A stretch of 64,000 nt of DNA from Raillietiella orientalis (lineage: Eukaryota), in NCBI GenBank assembly GCA_036172245.1, contig JAYWIR010000047.1:124001-188000 (forward strand), given 5' to 3'. Numbering within the stretch: position 1 is the stretch's first letter; each line of letters opens with the position of its first letter. Below the pieces are notes generated by a model that was not told the DNA's origin, did no database searches, and saw only the letters and a program-made list of their open reading frames with translations. Position numbers and translations under genes: made by a program. This document shows positions 24,625 through 36,419 of the stretch, one piece after another.

Positions 24625-24994
24625 TTAGAACAGCAGAGAGCGCACGCACGCAGCCAGGAGCCGGCGCGAACTCCACGGAAACTGCTCGTCTTTAACAGAA
24701 TGGCACTTTTTTTCCCCTTAGGTATTCGTGTTTGGGGGAAAGGTGGGAGCAGAGATCCGCTTCCCTCTGGATAAGAGTCCACGGGCCTGGAGTGAGATAG
24801 ACGTTCGTCTCGCAGGATCCGAGTCGGAAGGAGCGCCTCCGACCATCAGCAGAAGGCGTCCAGCTCATCCCTTGGGTTCCACTCTCCTTCCACTCCTCTC
24901 CATCGGTGCGGCCCGGCAGGCGACGGTGTCTAAGGGTCTCTGAAGGCCCTGAACGCGATTTCGGGAGGCAGCGACCTACAGACTCGGAGGGGGC

Positions 24995-25427
24995 CTACTT
25001 CTCCAGGAAAACGTCGCCTGGGTCGAACACGTCCTCCAAGCTTTCGTCATAGTCGAATCCGGTATTGGGGAAGGCCGTCGGGAAAAAACCGAATCCTCCT
25101 CCAGGAGCGTAGGGGAACGCTCCGAAGTGCGTCGGTGGCTGGTACCCTCCGGGAAAGAAGCCACTTCCCGGATAGTAGCCTCCAGGATAAACGGGAGGCG
25201 GGTAGGGGTAACCTGGAAATGGCCGAACGGCTTATCGAGGACAAGGCGGGGCGGGGGAGGTGGTCCACGACCGACTCACCCGCATGCGGTTCCAGGGGGA
25301 TCACATTTTGTTGCAGGTACCACAATGCGGCCAGCGCGAGGAGGTGCCCCGAAGCCGTCTTGCTCGACAGCAGCGCGGTCGTCAGGAGGGCGATGCACAG
25401 CATCCTGGACTTCGTGCCCTCGGCCAT
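24995..25427 (-). CDS. Small secreted Gly/Tyr/Pro/Phe-rich (cuticle-like) protein, 2 exons, ~121 aa
   Basis: Exons 25427-25280 and 25212-24995 are joined by a GTGAGT...TTTCCAG phase-1 intron. A hydrophobic N-terminus is followed by GYPYPPPVYPGGYYPGSGFFPGGYQPP and an acidic tail ending in TAG. Further 3' exons are not excluded. Confidence 0.7.
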
Positions 25428-27949
25428 TGTTACTTCGACTAGGGGAGATTTCCTAGAAAGGAGACACCAGTCGGATCCACGAGCCAAGCGCCCTCCCCGA
25501 ACCCGGCTGTGGATGCAGCAGAGCAACGGCTCCTCCCTTCCCGCGCGTGGAGGCAGGAGAGCCCGGGTGAGGGAAGAGGGGGAGGAGCACAACGGCGTCC
25601 TCTCCCTCACGAAGAGGCGAAACGTCTATCGGGACGGAGAGTGACGGCGGGGGCGGATGAGGAGGAGGGTCCGCGCTCACCACCGCGCAGATCTTCCGGC
25701 AGGCAGCTTCCCGCTCGCCAGGCGGCGAGAGGGTTGCTCCAGCCGAAGGCTCACCTCGAAGGGGAAAAGGGAAAAATCCGGGATCTGGGGTTTGGGAGGA
25801 ACGGTGGCTAGAGATTCTTCGGAGGAAGCGGGCAGAGGGAAGGGGGAGGGAGAGGGTGAAGAATCCTCTCTGGAGACCGTGCGACCGCGGCGTCCGCATC
25901 GCGGGTTGCGAGCACCCCCTCAAGATGACGCTCCAGGCTTCGGGAGTGCCTTGGAAGGGTGTGCTTGCGTCGCTGCTCACTAGCTGGGGACCGGTTGGGG
26001 AGAAGCAGCAGTTCTTGATCCTTTCCCCCCCCCCTTTAAAAAGTTGGGGTTCTCTCGGTGGAATCACCGGTGGGGGAGAGGGGTAATAAGTCGGACATGT
26101 ACCCGGGGTGTCCTTGGAGATCGCGCTTTGAACCTGGATAAGAGCGGACCACGGGCAAGGGGTGCAACTTGGGTCCGGAATGGGAAAGGAGAGGCTGGAG
26201 GACAGTCCGTCCAATCCCGATAACGGGCGAGGAGGAAGCGGAGAGAGCTCGGGCAGGAGGGAAGCCAGCGACGCCTCCTCGCGTGGCTGGAGACACTCCG
26301 AGTGGCAGTGCAGGTTCTTCCGGTGGGTGCCCCGACTCCCCTCTCTAGGGCGCTCGGCTCCCGTAAAGAAGGGCATCGCGGGGTTTCTGCGGCCGTGGCC
26401 GCAACCTTCCCGCGGACCGATCGGAGGCGGATCCTGCTGCTGCAACATCAGAGATCTCTGGACAGAAGAACCTTTCACCTGCTTACGTGAAGATGCGGAT
26501 GAGAATGGGAGAAAAGCCTCCAGGAACCCACGAGCTAGGGTCGGGGCCGGGAGAGCAGGGCGCTGGTGCTCCCGAGCCGGCCTGGGGGCTTCCCTTCCTT
26601 CCCCTCCTCGAGTCCAGTCCGGACTTGAGGAACAGCGGGGACGGAAGCCGAACACAGAAGGAAGGCGCCGCTGCTCCTCCCGGACCACCACCTCGGTCTC
26701 GACCTCCCTCCCGGAGTCGGTCTGGGAGTGAGAGCGCAGCCCGGAACACCTCGATGAGATTGCATGGAGCCTCTCCTCCTCCGAAAAAGAGGAAGGGCCG
26801 CGTCCCGCAAACCCGGGGGGCGGCGACGGGTGGAGTGCTGCCGCGGACCCTGCCGGTAGTGCGCGTGAGGAAGCGACCTCGGAAACCCGCCAGGAAAGGA
26901 GGGCGGGAGAGTCGATCTGGGCCTTTCTGGCTCTCGGGGCACGCGCAAGTCACTCGGCTCCGAAGATAGGCGCAGCGCGCGCGTGTCCCCCAGGCGGGAA
27001 TCCCCACTCACCCTTGCGTTCTGCTCGCTGCAGTGCGGGGTCCACGGAATAGCTCAGCGGCAGCCACCGGCACGGGACGTGAAGAGGAGGCAACTTGACA
27101 GCCGCCGCCGCGTAGAGGCTGCTTCTGCTGTCCGGTAGCCCTCCCACTCCAGCACTTTCTCCGGCGTGTCGCAACGGTGTCGTCGCGAACGGGTGTTGTG
27201 CAACGGACCCGAACCGCGATGACCGCCCTGCGGCCCTAAGGCGGCGTCGAGACACGCGGCCCCCCTTCTTTACCCTCTCCCTCTTGGGCGGACTCGTGTC
27301 GAACTCCTCCTCCCCTGAGAGGCTTTTGGCTGCGGAACCCGCCCTACCCGCCCGGGGGAAGAACGTGGTGTCTCCTGCTGTCCCTGTCCTTTGCCTCGGC
27401 CGCGGGGCTCGCTCGCTCGAGTCAGGCGGCCACCGTCTCATTCAGCAGAGCGCAGGAGAATTTCCCACAGGGAAGGGGAGGAAGGGGAAGAGAAATAGGG
27501 GCAGAAAGGGGGGGACAAATGGGAGGGGAGGCAGGACAAGCGTGAAGCAGTAGGAGATGGACGTAACTCCCATCCTCGCTGTTCCCGTGGAAGAGGAGCT
27601 TTGCATTGCTTGCAGGCCGGGGCGCAGACTATTGCCACCCCTAAGTGGCATCGCTCGCCTACAGGTATTTCGAAAAGAACGGTGACCGGTGGGTTGCGCG
27701 GGCGGGCCTTGCGCCGTCCCGCTGACCGTCCTTCGGGGACGAGACGGTCCAGGTGGGGAAGAAAGGGGGAGAGGAACCTCTCAAAGTCATTCCGGCCGGG
27801 ATCGCCTCTAGAGTTTCGATCCGGATGCATTGCCAGCTGATCCTCAGGGTTTGGACGTCAGGAACGGGGTCGGAGAATACGCTGCCGAGGAGGAGAGGAA
27901 AGGAGGAAAGGAGAGCTCGGTTCCCCGGAGGCACAGCTACCCGAATGCA

Positions 27950-29450
27950 TTCCCGTCCTCCAGAGAGGTCCCCCAGGTCTTCCTATAACCGCGTGTCAAA
28001 GGAGAGGTGGCCTGCTGCTTGGAAGTCGCCGATCCCATCTCCCATTGGAAGGCGCCTTGTCCAGGAAGGAGAGCCGCACCCAAAGATCAAGGTACGCAAC
28101 GGCGGACCGATCTCCAAGGAGGATCTGAGATCTTGGGCATCCTGGTGGACGACTACGACCTTTCTCATCCCACTTGTCCCGATCTCCCCGCCTTTCTCTG
28201 GGGGAGGTGCTTGCCGCGCCCCGGCCTCGTGCCGACCTCCTTGCCGCATCCCTCGGGAGTTCAGGTCCCTCGGGAGAGGGACAGACCACCCCTTTCTGGG
28301 CACCTTCTGCCACTACTACCACGTCGTCCCGTCGGGTGGAAGCGGGTGCCGTCTTCGGATCCGCTCCCCAATGGACAGTCACTGCGGTCTCCAAAGCGCT
28401 CACCAAAGCTCTCGCGGGCGGGCGGCGAGGAGACGACAACAGATGCCCACCGACATCTCCGCATCGCCAGACCTCGCTGACGCTCCTCTTCGAGAGGGAG
28501 GCTGCGCACCGGCGTCCGCGACGGGTCCGTGCCTCCCGTGGAGCCTGCGCAGCAGAAGGCCGGATGAGATAATCATCCCGTCTCCTGAAGGATGCCCCGT
28601 GGAAACTTGGAGATCTCAGGCCTCCCGACCAACGGTCTCCGTCCCTCTTCGTCGCCAACAGACTGCCATCTTGCTGACGGCGCGCCGGACCCTCTCCCTC
28701 CCTCGAAACGCATCAGCGGGGAGGATGCCTAAGGAGCGCACCCGCTGCGGGACAAGGGGTGGAAGACCACTATATACCCTCCTGTGGAGCTTTTTTTTAG
28801 GGAGCTGCTGACTTCTGCGGGCTGGCCGGTCGCCTCCTCCCCGGCGATCCACGGCCGCGTGAGAATCGCGGCATCCACCAGTACGAAGGAAGGACGCGGC
28901 TACACTGGAGGACCGTTTGTTATCGCCCGTAGGCGAAGGGCGACGAAGTGGTCCGACCCTGGATATGAGGAACGAAAGAACTTTCGGACGGCCGCGGGCA
29001 GAAGGACTCGACCCTCTTCCCCTGCTTCTTTGCTGCCCGACGCAGGTCCTTGCAATCTTTGGGAGATTCAGCGCCTTGGGATCGTCTCGTTTGGTCACCG
29101 GCACCTCTTACTCCTCCCTGTTGCTGTCTCTAGCGAGAGGGACGACCCTGAATGGGGAGGTCACAAAATCACGCATCCGACGTTTTCCTAGGTGCATCAC
29201 GGATGGAGGAATGCGTGAAAGGGCGTTCGGGGCACACTAGCGGCGTTCCTAGAGGCTGAGTCCTCCTGCCTGATCCAGAAAAAGCAATGGGGATCCCACC
29301 CGACCGACTTAGCTGCCATTCGGCGGACGTGGATGGACCTCTGCCGCTACCTGGCGTTCCTCGTCTGATTCTTCCTCGCATCCAGTCGAATCTTCGCCAT
29401 GGCAGCTCGGGTGAGGTCCAGGCGCCATCCGGGGAGGTGGGACTTCCATC
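27950..29450 (-). mobile_element. Highly degenerate L1-like ORF2 3' remnant
   Basis: Minus-strand fragments VTKRDDPKALNLPKI (GGLxLP-like) and VWRCGDVGGHL (decayed zinc finger). Confidence 0.35.
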
Positions 29451-30192
29451 CCTTTTTCTGGATCGTCTCTGAGCCGCGAAAAGACCGTCGACGGGCACCG
29501 CAACGCCTCCGCCACGTTCCATTACCCTGTGCGGATCAACACGCCCCAGCCACCGCCACATATGTCACATAGCTGAAAAGCATAACAATTCGGGCCAGTT
29601 GACTTAGAATCACTAGTTTAGCAACTCCCCCGCGACCCGGAGCTGGAAGCCCGCAGCATTCAGGCTGTTTTCTCCCAGCCTCCCGCCCTTCGAGTCTCCG
29701 CCGTCTCCGACCGACCGCGCGCGCACGCGTCCTTCGTGCCTTCGCGTACCCCACGCTTGCCGGAGGATGAGAGCAGCCTATGCGTCCCTTCCGGAGGCAG
29801 GGACGCACCGGCCGAGAAGGACCCCTTCTTCGCGTCCGAGAAGCGCTGAAGGAGGATGCGGTCCGAAGTGCTCCAGAAGTGGATGGACCCCGGCTCGGCG
29901 GATATCGGGCACTCGCGTCTCAACGAGCCGAGTCTGACGTCACATACGAATGAAGGCGTCCCCTAAGCAGAGGCGAGCGTGTGTGCGAAGTGTCGGCGTT
30001 GGACGGTTCGCCTCGAGGCTCTCAGCTTGCGTTGCTGGGGAACCGCACCTCCTTCCCTCTCTCCTTTCTTCTCTTCTTTCCGTTGATAAACGGCAGCACC
30101 TGTTCTTGAGTGCATCGTTCGAGCATCTCCCCGTCTTCCTTTTCCTGGTATTCATCTCACGCACCATCCCCGACCCGACCGTCTCCTCTCCT

Positions 30193-30831
30193 TCATGTGA
30201 CTTCACGAAACCACGTCAGCGTCCACTTGAACGATTCCTCCACCTCATACGTTTTGGAAATGTACTCATACATTCGAGAAGTCCAACTACCCATTTCAGA
30301 CAGCGTCCATGGATACTCAAAAGCCGGAACATTTCGGTACGAAACCTTCAATTCTAAACCTCCTTGTATCCTTCCAGACTCAGATAAATCCATCGTCATA
30401 GGCTCTATAGTGTAGCGGATTCCTACTAACTTCGCCTCCAGAAAAAAATTCTTCAGTTCAGATTAATGTCATCTTTCCAACCATTTATCCATTGACAGCG
30501 AGTCAGTCTGCTCTATAAACATACAGCTCGCATTGAACTTGCCGCGGGTTGCTACCTTCACCAAACAGTAGAAGTGGCCTTGCACTATTTCCTCCCTCGA
30601 TACCTCTCGCTTTGTGGATACATTCTTACAGCCAGTGCTCAAAATCCTACTCTTCTTTGCATATCTCCTTTTCTTTGCACATTTCCTGCTTCTCTTTCTA
30701 TACACTCTCCTTTTGGCCGACAATTTGGGCTTTTTTATTTTCCTTCCATCTTCAAATCCTTTCTTTTTCCGAGCTACGACCGCCAAACTCCTCTCTTTCG
30801 GACGCTTGATGCCCTACTGACTTACCTTCAT
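30193..30831 (-). pseudogene. cap: Viral capsid-like gene, N-terminal part
   Basis: A single frame from ATG 30831 with three internal stops. The Arg/Lys-rich arm (KRRVYRKRSRKCAKKRRYAKKSR) is followed by ELKNFFLEAKLVGIRYTIEP, which resembles the jelly-roll strand motif of CRESS capsids. It is divergent from rep across the origin. Confidence 0.75.
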
Positions 30832-31059
30832 TAGTTACTCTTTGTAAAATACCCCTTCCTGTTTTACTCCGTCACGATTTCATTAAGCACCTCATTACCT
30901 GATCACGTCTAACTGCGCACGCGATCCTTATCTTCACCTTGTCACGGTATCGTTTACATTCCACTCTGACGCATCCACTCAATTAATCATTCCCTCATCC
31001 ACATTCCCTTCACACGTTCCAGCACTTCTACCTTATCAGACTTTCGTTAATCTCAAGAC

Positions 31060-31110
31060 CTAGATAAGGGCCATCTGGGTAATACTATTAGCTAGATGGC
31101 CCTTGTCCAG
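31060..31110 (-). promoter_or_regulatory. Rolling-circle replication origin stem-loop with nonanucleotide TAGTATTAC
   Basis: Arms CTAGATAAGGGCCATCTGG (31060-78) and CTAGATGGCCCTTGTCCAG (31092-110) form a 19-bp imperfect stem. The 13-nt loop reads CTAATAGTATTAC on the minus strand (nonamer 31087-31079). Confidence 0.95.
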
Positions 31111-31113
31111 ATC

Positions 31114-31121
31114 TATATAAA
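31114..31121 (+). promoter_or_regulatory. Candidate TATA box of viral rep
   Basis: TATATAAA immediately after the origin hairpin, 60 nt upstream of the rep ATG. Confidence 0.6.
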
Positions 31122-31180
31122 CTCTGCGTCTGATAGCCTTTACCAGTCTTACTTTCAAGCCTCTGCAAATTCATTTAAAA

Positions 31181-32013
31181 ATGCCAAACGCCAACTACTC
31201 CTCCTGGTGCATTACCCTCGATAATTGGAACCAAGATGAGCTGCAATCCATCAAATCATGGTGAAGATAACACGTAACCTTCTCCATTCTCGCAAAAGAG
31301 GAAGTAACCAATGGTACTCCGCACATACAAGGATACATGCAGTTGCATAAACCTCGGACACTGCCCCAACTGCTACGACCCCCCTTTTTACGAGAACCTC
31401 CGGAACATGCTAAGGGAAACCCCCTATCGAACCTGAACTACTGCAGAAAGAAAGATCCAGTAAACTCATCCAGACGGGACATGATGAACGTTATATTCTA
31501 GAAAATCACATGAACTTTTACATCAGACACATTGCGTTCATCAAGGAATGCTTTTGTCTACATAGAGCGACAAACCATTCAAATCCTATGGAAAACCTTC
31601 GCCTACGAAAATGACCAGTTGGCATTCTCGAGCATCTCAGGAGACCACCTCATTCAAGGAACATGTTATGGGTCAAAGACGAGAGAGGCAACGACGGCAA
31701 AACCACATTTGCCAAATACTCGTTCCCCGAAGATCTGCCATCTACCTACTGTCTTGTAAAAAGGCTGACACGGCTCACCTCTACAATGGAGAACCAATTA
31801 GCGTTGTGGACCTCACCAGAGATGATCGAGAGATAGCACAATCAAGAGTTTGAAGAACGGAATAATTTCTGATCCTAAGTACCAAATATCGATGAAATAC
31901 TTCAACACACCCCAGATCATAGGTATGGCTAACTGGAACCCAGACGGTCTTCAGATAGATGGCGAATTATTTTGAAATACCAAGAGGAAGAAAGCCAATT
32001 TCTGCATTGGTGA
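31181..32013 (+). pseudogene. rep: CRESS-DNA virus replication initiator protein (HUH endonuclease plus SF3 helicase), disrupted
   Basis: Motif I WCITLDN (~31205), motif II PHIQG (31319-33), motif III YCRK (31439-50), Walker A GNDGKT (31687-704), Walker B VVDLTR (~31803), LKNGIISDPKY, motif C GMAN (~31922) and Arg finger SDRW. Stops at 31262 and 31268 plus several frameshifts. Confidence 0.93.
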
Positions 32014-32069
32014 AGACAACTCCATACAACCGTACATTAGACAGCGACAACAAAATGTAAATGATACTG

Positions 32070-32089
32070 AATAAATTCTTTACTTTATT
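32070..32089. terminator. Convergent polyadenylation signals of rep and cap
   Basis: AATAAA on + at 32070-75 and on - at 32089-84; the latter overlaps the TAA that ends the capsid-like frame. Confidence 0.65.
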
Positions 32090-32416
32090 GTTGCATCTCC
32101 TTATCTCTTATTCCTCTAAACATTCGACACATTCTTCTTATTCTGAAAAGAGGTGCATCTCTTTTCAACAGTCCTTCTGTTGGATAAACGCCTTGTCTGC
32201 AATCAACTTTCAGTTCGTCTGTACATCCATTCCTGGCATGTGCTTCATTATGAAATAATTCCCAAGTTACATCTTCAATGCCGTCTCTCTACTACTATCC
32301 AACTCTATCCATATCGACCTCACTGTTCTCACGTCATATCCTTCTCCGCAATTATCCATTCTTTTCCTGTAAGCAGGCACGTAAAAACTAGCACTTCTCA
32401 CGCTGAAATATATCTT
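32085..32416 (-). pseudogene. cap: Viral capsid-like gene, probable C-terminal part
   Basis: The minus strand reads KIYFSVRSASFYVPAYRK...RSIWIELD and, after a frameshift, ...CRMFRGIRDKEMQQ*, ending at the polyA signal. It has the same strand and composition as the N-terminal piece, as expected if a circle was opened inside cap. Confidence 0.6.
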
Positions 32417-32829
32417 TCCAGCAGAAAGCAAGATCGGTTTCGGACACATGAGGACGCGTCCCTCGGCCCGAAATCCGGAAGGAGGTTTCCCAGCGATCCG
32501 AGATCCCCCCCTGCTTTCCGCTGAGCTCCTCGCGGAAAGGAGGGAGACAGCACTCGGTGGCCACTGGCCTCCGAGGTTACCCACCACCCCTGGGTCGGAG
32601 GCCTCTCGGAGGGCTTCTGGGGAGAGAACATGCGACCGTTGCCGGCATGGGCAGCGGTCCCTGCTTCCCGCTGGGTGATCGCCTTGGTGCCCCCCCTCAA
32701 GAGTCCGTTTGCTCTCGGGCAGAGAAAGATCCTTCGTCCTGTCGTCCTCGCAGATGCGAGGGCCCCTCGGACAGCTCTCAGAGGGGGACACCCTGTTTTG
32801 TTTCCACGCCTCTCCACCTGAGGCAAGGG

Positions 32830-33657
32830 GGCATAATTCTTCAGGATAGGGCACCCCGGAAGGGGGTTCCGCCCTATAAATCCAGGAAGGGCTCGGAGTC
32901 CGTTCCTCCCACGCTTGGGAAAGGATCCCCCTCGCATGGGGGGATCGCACCTTCCACCCTGGTTGTCTCCGAAGAATAACCCCGAAGGAGAACCTCTCCT
33001 TCCTCATTCTTCCGGAGGAACACCCCCCAATGGGGAGGGGCTGTCGTCTCCATTTCAACTTCTCCGAAGGGAATCCGGAAAGGATCCTCTAGGAATTTAC
33101 TAGGAATTTCTTCTCCGGAGGGAACCCGCAAGGGAACCGCTCCTGTTCACTCCTCTGAAGAGAACCCCGAAGGGACGCTTCTGAAACTCAGAAGGGGCGC
33201 TGCAGCTTCCCGCAGGGAATCGCTCTCGCTTGCTTCCTTGCACTCTTGCACTCTGTGAAGAGGCGACAACTAGGAGGGTAACCCCCGCTTAGGGGGACCC
33301 AGCTCCATCGAACAACTAGGAGAGGTGCCCGCGAGGGCTCCTGCCCCATGTTGAAACCGGAAGGGTACCCCCGCTAAGGGGGTCCGCTCTTTGTTGTACG
33401 ACCGGAGGGGGAACTCCCCACTCCTTGGATTCCCGGAAGGACCCGAAGATCGACTCCCATCATTCCGGCCTTCATCAGAGGCCTCCGGCTTAAACGACCA
33501 CCGGTGCCACGCCCGAATGTCTCGGCCAACCAGCGCCATTGCAGGAGAAACGAACGGAACCCAACGACGCAGTTGCGTCAGTTTCTGCCAGAGTATTCGA
33601 TCCCGCGACGCATGGTGCCACGCGCGGAAGCCTTAACCACAAGACCTCCGACGCGGG
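32830..33657 (-). mobile_element. tRNA-headed SINE-like element, copy 5
   Basis: The reverse complement begins CCCGCGTCGGAGGTCTTGTGGTTAAGG...GGATCGAATAC (B-box-like, 33603-33593). It matches copy 3 at the head and copy 4 at the tail. Confidence 0.6.
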
Positions 33658-34912
33658 CAGAGGGAAACATCTTCCTCGCAGCCAAGTGGACCACGTACCA
33701 AGATTGGCCAAGTGACATGTCTGATGAAAAGAGGTGCTCCTTCCTCGTCTCCTTGACCACAGGCTCGCTCAGGAGACGTGGACGCGCGACACGAGACGTC
33801 TCTCAGAGACGAGGCATCCTTCTGCCTTTTCTGGCTCCAGACGCGTGCCCGATGAACTTCGGGACGACACGAGGACGCAGCATCCCTGCGCGAAGAGGAA
33901 AACGTCGAGATCTTTTCACACGTCACCCAGCCCTCATCCGGCGGGCCCGAGACCGGGAAGGCGGGACATTTGCCCCCATCCTCCTTGATGTCTCGCTCGG
34001 AGCGCTGTTGGCGTGGGCCCAAGTAGGGAAGGCATTCCGGAGGCTTCGGGAGGTCCCGCCTCGCTCTCGTCGCCTGCCGGAACGTCCCTGGCTCTCCTTC
34101 CTCCGCGGGCTGAGAAACTCCGCAAGGGGAAGCCGACTTCAGTGGCCTCCTCTCCAGGTCGCCATCATCGTCCCTCGTCGCTCGCCGCCTACTACCAACC
34201 GCTCCCGGGGGTGGATGCTTGTGTCACGCGACGTCCGCTGCTGCTGCCCTTCTCCGTGCTCCGCGGCAGCGCCACCACGCGGCGCCCCGCCGTCGTGCGA
34301 GATTAGGGGAATGGGTGCCTCGAGTCCTGCGGACTCTAGGAAGGGACAGGGGAACCGAAACGCGTGTTTCTCCGCCATGCTCCCGCCGTCCCCGAAGAAG
34401 ATCCGGAGTGCCGCCGTCCTCTCCGGGATGAATGGAAGCTCTGCGTGGACCGGCAAGCGCGCTCAAGGGAGAGCGTCCTCGGAAGGCGCGGGGATAAACG
34501 GAGCCACCAGAAGTCTCAGGAGGCCTGGCAGCGCTCCACGGGTCGCCCACCTGCCGCGGTCGGCACCATCGCCACATCTCGCTCGGCAACCGGGTCCTTC
34601 TGGCAAGGGATCGGACCCCTCGGATCCCCTTAGTCCGCCCGGGACTGCGATCACTTCCCGCTTCGGGGGCGACCTTTCAACTGATTCTCGACCCCACCCA
34701 CCCACTGCTGTGGTCACTAGCCGTTTACGCGCTGGTCTTTTCGCCCATGGAAAGAACCACAGGCAGGGCCGCCGTCACGGTCGGGCGGACGCACACTCCG
34801 TCCACTTCATCAGGACGTGGTCGGAAGGCACGCCTTTCCATTTCCGTGCCTCTTCCACCTCCTCGCCTTCTCTGCCTCCCCCATCTCTTTCTCTCCTCCA
34901 CTCGGGTTCTGT

Positions 34913-36419
34913 TCAAATCCCGAAAGATATTACAAATAAATATACATATATATACATCTTGATATATAAATTTATATGGGGATTAAAGTACAGATTAGTG
35001 CATATTGTAAAGATTATATATCTACAGATAGACTGGAATACAAATTTATTTTGATCTACATATTTACTGATACTCATCAACATACATATTATCAATACAA
35101 TTAATAGGAGGCCTATTACATATATTTATACATCGATTGATGGATAGATAAATAGAAATTGTGAAAATTAGAAACAAATGAATACATATGGTATATGTAT
35201 ATTAATGCACAAATTGATATATAAATCAACATTGAGAGGAATACCCTAATTTATTTTAACTAACATAGTTTTACATTTTAACTAACATTTATTTTAACAT
35301 ACATAGTAACTGATATTTATTAATCTAATACTATTAACAGTAATATTGTTTTAGCATATATATATTTATTAAGGTATATTATTAATATAATGAATGTGCT
35401 TTTCATATATCAATACATACATTCGTATATACATTAACATATATCATAAAGATTATAAAAGATGCATACGTGTTTATTAGTATATGCATCTCTATACGGA
35501 TGAACATATGAGAATATATTCATGTGTTTACTATAGATATTAACACAACTAATTATATGTTTACCATGCACATTTATGTATGAATTAATGTCTAGATAGA
35601 AATATATTATAAAGTTTGTAAAAAAATAATGCATATGTTTATTATGTACATTAATATACATATTTACATATGGATTAATATATACATTGATTTTAACATA
35701 CATACTTATTAATGTAATTTCTAATACGCACTCAATACATACATTGTAAATATAGTATAAATGCATATGTTCATTATGTACATTTACATATATCTATAAT
35801 AAATGTAAACTGAATGAACATATCAACACACATGAACATATGAACACAATGTTTTCAAAATTAAAAAAAAAATAAAAATGAATGATGACATTTAAAAATA
35901 GCAGTAAATAACAAAAAAGATCAACAAATTAAAAAGGCAAAAAAGAAAATTTTGTATTTGATATTCCCATCACGTCCAACAATCAGCATGTGGCACTTCC
36001 TCTACGAATGACGAATTCCTTTGTCGGGATTTTGTTCGATAGATACATACGCATGTTTAGAATCCGATATTCATACATCATTTCACATATACTCATTATA
36101 TGCATACAAATATGCTGCTATGTATGAGAAACATATATATTTTCCTTTGCTATAATCTTTATAATATATATCAATAAAATATATTAATAAGTATTATTAA
36201 TTATACCAAAAAATATTTTTGATAAAGTAGATTTGAATATTAACCATGATGCAAATATATGCATAGATATATATTAATGTACATAATAAGGATATATATT
36301 TCTCTTTCTTTATAATCTTTATAATAGATATTAATCCCTATGGCAATCCATATATAATTTATATAATTGTATACATAATTAGTACGTATATCTGCTTTTA
36401 GAGTCCTTAGGGATTTTGA
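34913..36419. repeat. Extremely AT-rich 1.5 kb insert with ~110-bp imperfect terminal inverted repeats (non-autonomous DNA transposon-like)
   Basis: Left end TCAAATCCC...TATATAAATTTATATGG...TATTGTAAAGATTATA versus reverse-complemented right end TCAAAATCCC...TATATAAATTATATATGG...TATTATAAAGATTATA. Internal CATATGTTTATTATGTACATT-type repeats and abrupt GC edges. Confidence 0.55.

Larger units (their letters stand above)
30190..32420. mobile_element. Endogenous CRESS-DNA virus, ~2.2 kb, ambisense, linearised within cap
   Basis: A lower-GC island containing a Rep pseudogene (+), capsid-like pieces (-) at both ends, an origin stem-loop with TAGTATTAC, a TATA box and convergent AATAAA signals. Confidence 0.9.

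Noticed and set aside
32267..33058. 263-aa ORF as a real SINE/LINE-capsid fusion gene
   Set aside because: It crosses repeat sequence and the viral junction. Open frames of this length are common in this GC-rich DNA, and the capsid part ends at a premature stop.
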